Shown piece by piece: positions 1 to 7,220 of a stretch of DNA of 64,000 nt. Positions within the stretch are counted from its first letter, which is position 1; each line of letters starts with the position of its first letter. The translations under genes and the position numbers were made by a program. Below the pieces are notes generated by a model. The model saw nothing but the letters and a program-made list of their open reading frames with translations. It was not told the DNA's origin and did not search any database. This DNA is from Bacteroides sp. (GTDB taxonomy: Bacteria > Bacteroidota > Bacteroidia > Bacteroidales > Muribaculaceae): contig JAAVDA010000021.1 of assembly GCA_014802045.1 (NCBI GenBank), positions 30,301 through 94,300 of the forward strand, written 5' to 3'.

Positions 1-7
1 TGGTGGG

Positions 8-931
8 TTAGAGTATTTCGAATTCGGTGCGACGGTTCACATCGGAGGTCGGGTTCTCAGGGTCTTTGAGCTCGGAGCTGCCTTTGCCCACAGCCTCGAG
101 GCGCGAGGCGTCGATGCCCTCTTTGTTGACGAGGAAATCTACGGCAGCCTGTGCGCGGGCCTCAGAGAGCTTCTGATTGACTGCGGCATCACCTTCGGCC
201 GAAGTGTGGCCCTCGATGCGCAGACGCATGTCGGGGTTCTGTTTCATCACCTTGGCAAGGTCGTGGAGAGCAATCTTGGAGTCGTCGGTGAGGTCAGCCT
301 TGCCTTTGGCGAATTGTGCGGCGTTGAAGTTCTTTTCAATCTCCTCTACCTGCTGCACAAAGACAGTGTCGCGGATGATAACTTCTTTTTCAACCTCTAC
401 GATTTTTTCCACTTCCACTACTTTCTCTTCGCGTGGTAGACAGAGAGCCACAATCACACCTATTGCCAGAAGTGCCAGCAGTAGCCATAGCCACCAGGGG
501 AAGCCTTTCTTGGAAGGAACGGGTACCGGGGGGACATAGCCGTTGAGGTATTCGAGGCGATATCCGCCCTTCTCACCTTTCATGGCCTTCTCAAACTCAG
601 CTACTTCGATGTCGTAGAGCTTGCCCTGCTCCACCATGCGCTCGAATGAGGGCTTGGACCATACCTGGCAAAGAGCCACCTTAGAGCCGTCCTGAAGCTC
701 GATCACCTCGTCGGGCTTGACGAAATAGAGGCTCATGTTGGCATTGTATTTCTCAGCCTCCTCTACGGGGAGGAAGTTTTCGGGCACACCTTTGTCGGGG
801 CATATCGAGTTGGGGAACGCCTTGCGGAGATCGTCGAGAGTAGCTTGGGGATACATCACCACATATGCGTGGGCTATGCCGAGCGATGTACGGTTTTGAG
901 CTTTACCGAAGACTTTAACTTTATTAGCCAT
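8..931 (-). CDS. Membrane-anchored OmpA_C-like (MotB-type) peptidoglycan-binding protein with an unknown N-terminal soluble domain
   Basis: C-terminal OmpA motifs IEGHTSAEG, NQKLSEARAQA, AVGKGSSE, NRRTEF; one TM helix WWLWLLLALLAIGVIVALCL; ~135-aa N-terminal domain without a signal peptide. Confidence 0.85.
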   Translation of the reverse strand: MANKVKVFGKAQNRTSLGIAHAYVVMYPQATLDDLRKAFPNSICPDKGVPENFLPVEEAEKYNANMSLYFVKPDEVIELQDGSKVALCQVWSKPSFERMVEQGKLYDIEVAEFEKAMKGEKGGYRLEYLNGYVPPVPVPSKKGFPWWLWLLLALLAIGVIVALCLPREEKVVEVEKIVEVEKEVIIRDTVFVQQVEEIEKNFNAAQFAKGKADLTDDSKIALHDLAKVMKQNPDMRLRIEGHTSAEGDAAVNQKLSEARAQAAVDFLVNKEGIDASRLEAVGKGSSELKDPENPTSDVNRRTEFEIL

Positions 932-933
932 GA

Positions 934-1359
934 TTATTCGTCTTCGGGTTCGAACGATACTTCGAGTTCGGGCTCTGACTTCACGAGGTCGCAGAGCATG
1001 AGCACGGCGGCATCCCGGTCAATGTCGAGCGCCTGGGCAAGGGCGAGCAGATTGTGTACTTCGCCATAGGTGAGCACGTTGTCGCAGAGAGCCATCTGCA
1101 GCAGAGCCTGAAACACTTCGCCGGTCTCTTCGTCGTCAACTTTGGCAGCATGCTTCACGGCAAAGTCGGTGGCTTTATCTTCGTCCATGTTTTTGAGTTC
1201 TACGAGGGCTGCCGTAACATTCATGGAGAGCTCCTTCTCGGTGAGCCCGAGAGCTTCGGCGATTTCGGCTATTGTGGTGCGCTCTATTTCGGAGAATTCA
1301 CCGTCGGCCCAGATGATGGCGGCGAGTATTGAGCCTATAGTGGCATTTGATGTTTTCAT
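934..1359 (-). CDS. TerB-family protein
   Basis: Two TerB half-motifs, IIWADGEFSEIE and MALCDNVLTYGE; 141 aa, acidic and helical. Confidence 0.8.
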   Translation of the reverse strand: MKTSNATIGSILAAIIWADGEFSEIERTTIAEIAEALGLTEKELSMNVTAALVELKNMDEDKATDFAVKHAAKVDDEETGEVFQALLQMALCDNVLTYGEVHNLLALAQALDIDRDAAVLMLCDLVKSEPELEVSFEPEDE

Positions 1360-1382
1360 TTGTGATGCAATGATGTAGAGGT

Positions 1383-1643
1383 TTAACGGAAGAGACGTTT
1401 CAGACGGTTGGCGAGAGAGTTTTTAGCCTTGCGGGCCTTGGCCATGCGAGCGGCAATCTCCTTGCCCTCTTTGGTGCGTTTGTCCACCTTGCCAGAGGCG
1501 GTTCTTTTGAGTTTTGACTGAGGGGCGGCGGGTTTTGCCGATTTAGCCTTAGCGGCACGTGCCTTGGCAAGACGCTCCTTGAGTTCCTTATACTCCTTGG
1601 TGCGTTTGTCCATCTTGCCTGCGGCGGTTGTCTTTACTGCCAT
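1383..1643 (-). CDS. Small Lys/Ala-rich basic protein with two GKxDKRTKE repeats
   Basis: Repeats AGKMDKRTKEYKELKERLAKARAAK and SGKVDKRTKEGKEIAARMAKARKAK; tightly packed in the operon. Confidence 0.75.
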   Translation of the reverse strand: MAVKTTAAGKMDKRTKEYKELKERLAKARAAKAKSAKPAAPQSKLKRTASGKVDKRTKEGKEIAARMAKARKAKNSLANRLKRLFR

Positions 1644-1645
1644 AG

Positions 1646-2314
1646 TTATCTAATTTCTATTAGTGTGTAATAAAATTCGTTGTTCTCAATTTCGGTGCTT
1701 TTCCACCTCAAAGAATAATTTCCTTCCAACGAGAATTTGGGCAACCCATTGGTTGTGGCCGTGTGGCGAGACCAGTCGAGAATACCGTGGACACCGGCTC
1801 GGCCATTGGCCGTGGAGAAAGCGTCGCATATCGAGCCCTGACGAGGTCCACGGGTATAGTAAGCATCGTTTGTGAGCATCACGGCTATTCCTCCCACAAC
1901 GCTTTCGGGAAATAACGACTTGATTATCTCTATGCGGCGCACGTCCTTCCAGAAGTTATAGCTCACGATATCCTGAGCGCCGTGATTTTTCACTATCTCC
2001 ACCCCATTGAGCAGGGTGTTGAAGCGCCTGATGGTTGTAACTATCCTACGGGTTGGATATTTGAGTTCCACAACGGCGAAACTATTACCTTTCCTCACCA
2101 CGATATCGAGCCTCAGATCGCTGTTCCACTCATACCCTTTGGAAGTGGCTTCGGAATTGGGGATGAAATACTCCACCTCCACGTCGTCATATTTACCAGA
2201 GTTACGCAGAGCCACTGCCAGTTGCATCTGAAAATCGCGCTCGTTGAACATCAGCTCCTGCTGACTCTCAATGAAAGCGGTGATATGGGTAGATAGCTTT
2301 TGGATGAGCGTCAT
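1646..2314 (-). CDS. PD-(D/E)XK superfamily nuclease-like protein
   Basis: NERDFQ helix, VEVEY, LRLDIVV and AVVELKY in the canonical E...D...ExK order. Confidence 0.7.
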   Translation of the reverse strand: MTLIQKLSTHITAFIESQQELMFNERDFQMQLAVALRNSGKYDDVEVEYFIPNSEATSKGYEWNSDLRLDIVVRKGNSFAVVELKYPTRRIVTTIRRFNTLLNGVEIVKNHGAQDIVSYNFWKDVRRIEIIKSLFPESVVGGIAVMLTNDAYYTRGPRQGSICDAFSTANGRAGVHGILDWSRHTATTNGLPKFSLEGNYSLRWKSTEIENNEFYYTLIEIR

Positions 2315-3420
2315 GCGAAACGTTTTTTGAGTGAGCGGACATATTTTTTGATAGCCTCATAGCGTTCAGCTTCTGTCCAATCGAAATTATCGACAAAAGG
2401 CTCGTTGTTCCATTCACGTTTTATGATGGTGGCATCACTTAGATAGGTTACGACATCATTCATTACTTCAGCACCAGCCATGTAGATATGATTGGAATCT
2501 ATCTTAAGCATATAGCTGTCAATAAAAGCGACTCCTCCCTTACCGAAGGTCTTAACAAGCTCATTATTCATGCTAGTGAGGAGCTTATATTGTTCTTTTC
2601 CATCTTCGGGAAGCTGATCAGGGACATTAAAAGAGAACTTATGCCCTTTCTCGTCAGCCATTTCAGTCAACAATAAAAAAGTTTTGTTGTGGTTGGAATC
2701 CGCCCAACTCCATATATGAGCAGCTGTTTCTGTAGTATTTGCCACTTTGCCCCCTGCTGAAAGGATTAGAGTAGCATAACAAGAATTGTAGCGAGTGTCA
2801 TAATTCACTTTTTTTGCAGACTTCCAGAATTTGGTAATCGAACCATCATCATCCCTTACATAGGATGTTAAATCTATCTCAAATTCGTCTTTCTGGTAGT
2901 CTTTCCCAGTGGGCGTTACCGCTTTTGTTGCCGGATTTCCAGTAGATGATTTCTCGAGCTTGGCGATGCGGGCTTCGAGAGCTTCGATTGTCTTGCGAAG
3001 TTCGGATATCTGTTTGAGCAATTCGTTCATTTCTTCTTCTGTCAGTTCGTTGTCATTTTTCGGTTGAGCCGGCTTGGCCACGGGTTTTGGTGCCGGGGAT
3101 GAAATCGGCTTTTGGGTAGTGGATGGGGCAGGAGTGGTGGTGGGCTTAGACTCGGGGACCGGACAGGCATATGATTTTGGAGCGAATTCTGATGCCGGTG
3201 TGGTTTCCGATGCTGAACTATTATTGAGAAAATCTATCAGCTTTCGGCCTGAGCTCTGGGTGTTCCATTTTGGGTCAAGGGTAAAGTTGACATCCGCAGC
3301 GATATTGCGGATTGCTCCCATAGCATTCTGCATGAGCTGGCCATCGTTGAGGATAACGATCTTGCCGTTATCCTCAACGCGCAGCTCATAGTTGGCATAT
3401 GTGGCTGTTTTTTTCGCCAT
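2311..3420 (-). CDS. Modular hypothetical protein: ~60-aa repeat module, Pro-rich linker, coiled coil, unknown C-terminal domain
   Basis: ATG at 3420 (MAKKTAT...) matches the start of the upstream paralog; PAPKPVAKPAQP linker; LLKQISELRKTIEALEARIAKLEK coil; 4-bp overlap with the nuclease gene. Confidence 0.75.
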   Translation of the reverse strand: MAKKTATYANYELRVEDNGKIVILNDGQLMQNAMGAIRNIAADVNFTLDPKWNTQSSGRKLIDFLNNSSASETTPASEFAPKSYACPVPESKPTTTPAPSTTQKPISSPAPKPVAKPAQPKNDNELTEEEMNELLKQISELRKTIEALEARIAKLEKSSTGNPATKAVTPTGKDYQKDEFEIDLTSYVRDDDGSITKFWKSAKKVNYDTRYNSCYATLILSAGGKVANTTETAAHIWSWADSNHNKTFLLLTEMADEKGHKFSFNVPDQLPEDGKEQYKLLTSMNNELVKTFGKGGVAFIDSYMLKIDSNHIYMAGAEVMNDVVTYLSDATIIKREWNNEPFVDNFDWTEAERYEAIKKYVRSLKKRFA

Positions 3421-3451
3421 ATAGGAATTCCTATCGGTAGATAGTCTGGTG

Positions 3452-3838
3452 TTACTTGTTGGCGTTGACAAAGTCAACGAGTTTGGAGCCGAACTGGCGG
3501 GTAGTCCATTCGGGGTCGAAAGTGAAGTTGATGTTTTCGGCTATTTCGCGAAGTGCGCCTTTAGTGTTTTCATAGGTGCGGTAGGTTTCGATGCTGCCGC
3601 TGTCGCGCTTCACGATGGTGTATTCACCGATAGTGGCCTCGTTGCCTTCGCCGAATTCCTTGATGATTTTGGAGCCGAACTGACGGGTTGTCCAGTTGGG
3701 GTCGTAAGCGAAGCCTTTGGCTTCGGCACACTCACGGAGTGAGCCTTTTACGTTGTCGTAGATTTTGAGGACACGGATGCTGCCGCTGTCTTCTACGGTG
3801 ACGATATATTCGCCGCTGATTGCTGATTTTTTTGCCAT
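3452..3838 (-). CDS. Hypothetical protein made of two tandem ~60-aa repeats
   Basis: Internal duplication GEYxxxxxDSGSI...NxKGxLRExAE...FxxDPxWTTRQFGSK. Confidence 0.8.
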   Translation of the reverse strand: MAKKSAISGEYIVTVEDSGSIRVLKIYDNVKGSLRECAEAKGFAYDPNWTTRQFGSKIIKEFGEGNEATIGEYTIVKRDSGSIETYRTYENTKGALREIAENINFTFDPEWTTRQFGSKLVDFVNANK

Positions 3839-3886
3839 GGTTTATGTCTTTTTATTGGTTAATTTATTGTGTTGCGGTATCTAATA

Positions 3887-3894
3887 CAAAGGTA
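3887..3894 (-). promoter_or_regulatory. Bacteroidetes -7 promoter element for the accessory operon
   Basis: TACCTTTG on the minus strand matches TAnnTTTG, ~50 nt upstream of the ATG at 3838. Confidence 0.6.
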
Positions 3895-3962
3895 GTGATG
3901 TGAGGGGAGTGGAATAGAATGGTGGCGTGATGTATAGTTTCACTATAGTGTGAAGATATGTT

Positions 3963-4253
3963 TCACATCACCTTAGTTAGTTTATAGGGGGGGGTAAAAT
4001 CCTGGTTACCAGCGGAATGCAATAATTTAGAAAAATAGGCGAAGAAATCTCTGTTGAGAGCCAGACAGATACGGTAGAGTAGCCCCGTGTCGATATATTC
4101 GCGTGTGAATATATCGTACACGTTGCGGCGGTCGCAATGGAGCTTGCGGCTAAGCCAGGTGACACTGCGCTCCTGCTGGCGCAATTCCTGTTCGATTATT
4201 TTTCCGATATGAACCGGCTCGTTGTCAGTCTGTATTGTTACATCCTGCTTCAT
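3963..4253 (-). CDS. XRE-family HTH transcriptional regulator
   Basis: HIGKIIEQELRQQERSVTWLSRKLHCDRRNVYDIF...IDTGLLYRICLALNRDFF, a typical Bacteroidales XRE signature. Confidence 0.85.
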   Translation of the reverse strand: MKQDVTIQTDNEPVHIGKIIEQELRQQERSVTWLSRKLHCDRRNVYDIFTREYIDTGLLYRICLALNRDFFAYFSKLLHSAGNQDFTPPYKLTKVM

Positions 4254-4601
4254 CTGTTGCTAATATTTTTCTTTGCACCGAGATGTTCCTTTTGCGTCTA
4301 CGCGCATGGTCGCACCATGCCCGTGGGGGGGTAGGTCTGACCCCATCTCGGAGTGAGAATAAATATTGCAAACGGGATGCAACTATGCTAAATGTACTAA
4401 GGCCTGTCTGGCCGGGGAAGAAGAGCCGTTCCATCTCTTTCAGCTTTTGGGCCGAATTGCCAAGGCCCGCAGGCCAAGGAGATGTAATCTTCCCAACTGC
4501 AGATGCTGAGATATGCGTCATGCAGTTTTGCGCTACAAAATTAGTCAAGTTTATTGAATTGGATGCGATAAAAGTGTGATATATTTTTTCACAATGCAAT
4601 A

Positions 4602-4665
4602 TTAACAACCGCTTTTTTACATTGACCCCTAAAATAAGGGGCCAATATAGAAAAGCGGTTGTTAA
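4602..4665. repeat. 64-bp near-perfect inverted repeat
   Basis: TTAACAACCGCTTTT (4602-4616) pairs with AAAAGCGGTTGTTAA (4651-4665), plus an inner stem. Confidence 0.8.
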
Positions 4666-4699
4666 AAAGTGATTGTTGAGCTAATGAAAGCAATGTTCC

Positions 4700-4930
4700 A
4701 GGCCGGGATGGCCTGATATCTTGTTAACTCCGTACGCTTGCGTGCGGGGTGGATAGTATCACACATCTCCCACGACCCCGGAGAGGGTCGGACTAGTTGT
4801 AAACAAATATGTTCATGAATGTTATGATAAGTCTGCGCGATACGACCCGCTCCGGGGTCGGAATGTGATGGGGGGTGGCTGTTCCCGGCACGGCACGTGC
4901 CGGGTTAACAAAATCATGGCCCTCCGGGCC
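4700..4930. repeat. REP/REPIN-like long imperfect inverted repeat (copy 1)
   Basis: Arms GGCC...TTGTTAAC...GTGCGGGG and CCCGGCAC...GTTAACAA...GGCC; internal hairpins CGACCCCGGAGAGGGTCG and CGACCCGCTCCGGGGTCG. Confidence 0.7.
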
Positions 4931-5013
4931 TTTTTTTACTTATAAACTAAGGTTTACTACTGACCCGTTTTTTTACATTGCCCCCTAAAATAAGATTTCG
5001 CAGTAGCCGGAAA

Positions 5014-5050
5014 AATCAAGAGGCATCCTCTCGGACACCTCTTGAAGATT
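5014..5050 (-). terminator. Probable terminator downstream of tRNA-Tyr
   Basis: Stem TCAAGAGG/CCTCTTGA next to an A-run on + (T-run on -). Confidence 0.45.
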
Positions 5051-5096
5051 AAGTGATAATAAACCTTTAATCATCTTTTTGATGAAAAAGAAACAG

Positions 5097-5179
5097 TGGG
5101 CGAAGATGGATTCGAACCACCGAAGGTAGAAACCAGCAGATTTACAGTCTGCCCCATTTGGCCACTCTGGTATTCGCCC
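5097..5179 (-). tRNA. tRNA-Tyr (GTA)
   Basis: Reverse complement GGGCGAATACCAGAGTGGCCAAATGGGGCAGACTGTAAATCTGCTGGTTTCTACCTTCGGTGGTTCGAATCCATCTTCGCCCA: anticodon GTA, long variable arm, TTCGAA T-loop; TAACTTTG promoter at 5191-5198. Confidence 0.97.
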
Positions 5180-5213
5180 GAATGTGGATGCAAAGTTATA
5201 TTATTTTTGTGAG

Positions 5214-6353
5214 CTATGCAAGCGTATGATTGATAATCTGTGAGATTTCTTTAGCCGATAGGGGGGTAGAGGGGGCTCCCACGGGAAGACTGACAATGGT
5301 CTGCGCGGCAGTCTCTGCATTGGGTAGGGGAGTGCGGGCTGAGTCTCGGCTGCAGGGCTGCTTGTGGAGGGGGATGGGGTAGTGAATATCGGTCTCCACT
5401 CCGTTTGCGAGAAGCGACTGGCGGAATCTGTCGCGGCTACCAGCGGTTATGCGCACCACATATTGATGCCACACGCACTCTGCTTCTTCTGCGGGAAGCG
5501 GCGGGAGAGCAACCGCCGGATTGGTGATGGATGTGGAGTATGTGCGTGCCACGATCCGGCGGCGCGTATTGATTTCGTCGATATGATTCAGCTTCACCGA
5601 CAGCATGGCTGCCTGAAGGGGGTCGAGGCGGCAGTTGAAACCAGAGTAGGGGTAGAGGTTGCGCTCGGTAGACCCATAATTGGCGAGTGTGCGCACCATC
5701 CGGGCAATGTCGGGCGATGAGGTTGTGACGGCTCCGGCATCGCCCAGCGCACCCACATTTTTGGTGGGATAGAAGCTGAATGCGGCCACATGGCCTAAGG
5801 AGCCGGCAGGGAGAGTGGCATTGAGTCCGGGAATAGTGGCGGAGGCGCCTATGGCCTGGGCACAGTCTTCTATTATATATAAGGAGTGGGCGGCGGCAAT
5901 AGAGACGAGGTCGCTGTCCCAGCACACCCGGCCGTAGAGATGCACAGGCATGATGGCGCGGGTGCGGGGGGTGATGAGGCTATCCACGCTCTCGGCAGAT
6001 AGCAGCAGGGAGGAGAGTGAGATATCCGCGCACACGGGCGTGAGACCCGCGTCTGCCACCGCAAGGAGCGAGGCTATGAAACTGTTGGCCGGAAGAATCA
6101 CTTCGTCGCCGGGATGCATCATGCCGAGCGCCACCATAGAGCGCAGTGAGAGCCTAAGCGCGTCGAGCCCGTTGCTCACCCCGATGGCATGGGCGGTCTG
6201 TGTGGCCGAGGCAAGCTGCGATTCGAACTGCCTCACCTCATCGCCGCCGATATATCGGCCGGAGGTGATCACGCGCGAGGCGGCTCGGGTGAGTTCGTCA
6301 AGAAAAGGGGCGTTTTCCGCCTTTAGGTCAAGAAATGGATGGGGCAGATTCAT
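5214..6353 (-). CDS. DegT/DnrJ/EryC1/StrS aminotransferase (FdtB-like)
   Basis: GVSNGLDAL, IMPVHLYG, IIEDCAQAIG, FSFYPTKNVGALGDAG (PLP lysine). Confidence 0.9.
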   Translation of the reverse strand: MNLPHPFLDLKAENAPFLDELTRAASRVITSGRYIGGDEVRQFESQLASATQTAHAIGVSNGLDALRLSLRSMVALGMMHPGDEVILPANSFIASLLAVADAGLTPVCADISLSSLLLSAESVDSLITPRTRAIMPVHLYGRVCWDSDLVSIAAAHSLYIIEDCAQAIGASATIPGLNATLPAGSLGHVAAFSFYPTKNVGALGDAGAVTTSSPDIARMVRTLANYGSTERNLYPYSGFNCRLDPLQAAMLSVKLNHIDEINTRRRIVARTYSTSITNPAVALPPLPAEEAECVWHQYVVRITAGSRDRFRQSLLANGVETDIHYPIPLHKQPCSRDSARTPLPNAETAAQTIVSLPVGAPSTPLSAKEISQIINHTLA

Positions 6354-7045
6354 AGGCGCTTGAGAGATTTGAACATGGAGAAATCACGCACATAGTCGTC
6401 GGGATCATACTCGGTGGAGCTGAGAGCCAGACACACAGACCCGGCTTCGAAAGAATCTATCTCGCGCCATATGCCGGGAGGGATGTAGAGCGCTTCGGCA
6501 GGAGAGGAGAGTTGGAATGATAGGGTGGTCATGGAATCTGTCACCACAACTCTCATCTGCCCTTTGAGGGCTATGAGGAGACGGTGTTCGGCGAGATGCG
6601 AGTGGCCTCCCCTCACGGCTCCTGCAGGAGTGTCGTAGATATAATATATGCGCCGGCAAGGAAATCCCGGGGGAGTGCCGAACCATCCCGGGGCCACTTC
6701 CGGCGCGGAGATGCGGCGGCAGATGGTAGACGTGGTGAGGGAATGAAATGTGGCGCACAGGATGCGGGGCTGTGGGGCGGCCTCAGGGCGGAGTGTGATG
6801 AAAGGGCCGTTGCCCACCGCCGACAACGGCTCGCCGGAGGGTGAGATATGCAATTTTTCCGGATTGTCGAGCGAAATAAATCCTGCCGGACCTGAAATAG
6901 CTTCGCTTGAAGCGCCCGAGGCGGCCCATCTCACATCTGACGGCACGAACGGCAGAAAGCCGGATTGCTGAATATAAGCCAGATGTCCGCGATGATCGCG
7001 GACCACCGGGACAGAGAGCATGGAAGGGTGCCGGGTGTATAACAT
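6350..7045 (-). CDS. FdtA/QdtA-family cupin sugar 3,4-ketoisomerase with a degenerate N-terminal cupin copy
   Basis: RRIYYIYD, RGGHSH, LYIPPGIWREI, YDPDDYVRDF; N-terminal DHRGHLAY; TATATTTG promoter just upstream of the ATG at 7045. Confidence 0.8.
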   Translation of the reverse strand: MLYTRHPSMLSVPVVRDHRGHLAYIQQSGFLPFVPSDVRWAASGASSEAISGPAGFISLDNPEKLHISPSGEPLSAVGNGPFITLRPEAAPQPRILCATFHSLTTSTICRRISAPEVAPGWFGTPPGFPCRRIYYIYDTPAGAVRGGHSHLAEHRLLIALKGQMRVVVTDSMTTLSFQLSSPAEALYIPPGIWREIDSFEAGSVCLALSSTEYDPDDYVRDFSMFKSLKRL

Positions 7046-7220
7046 ATCTTTTGAAGGGCAAATATAAGTGAAAAACGTGGCATCCGGGAGGAATATTGTA
7101 TAAAAACCGTTACACATTTCATGCAAAATCCGAACCAATCTCTCTGTAGAATGTTTTGGGAGTATAAGTCATTTCAAAAAACATTAAAAAACGAACTTCA
7201 ACTAAAACCTCTTAACTGAT

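Noticed and set aside
8-931. Calling the left operon Zorya
   Set aside because: No ZorA/MotA-like multi-TM protein and no ZorC/D/E recognisable in the window; only the ZorB-like topology is shared.
4225-4608. Overlapping 127-aa and 114-aa ORFs upstream of the XRE gene
   Set aside because: No recognisable motifs; they overlap a promoter and hairpins, so they are not accepted as genes.
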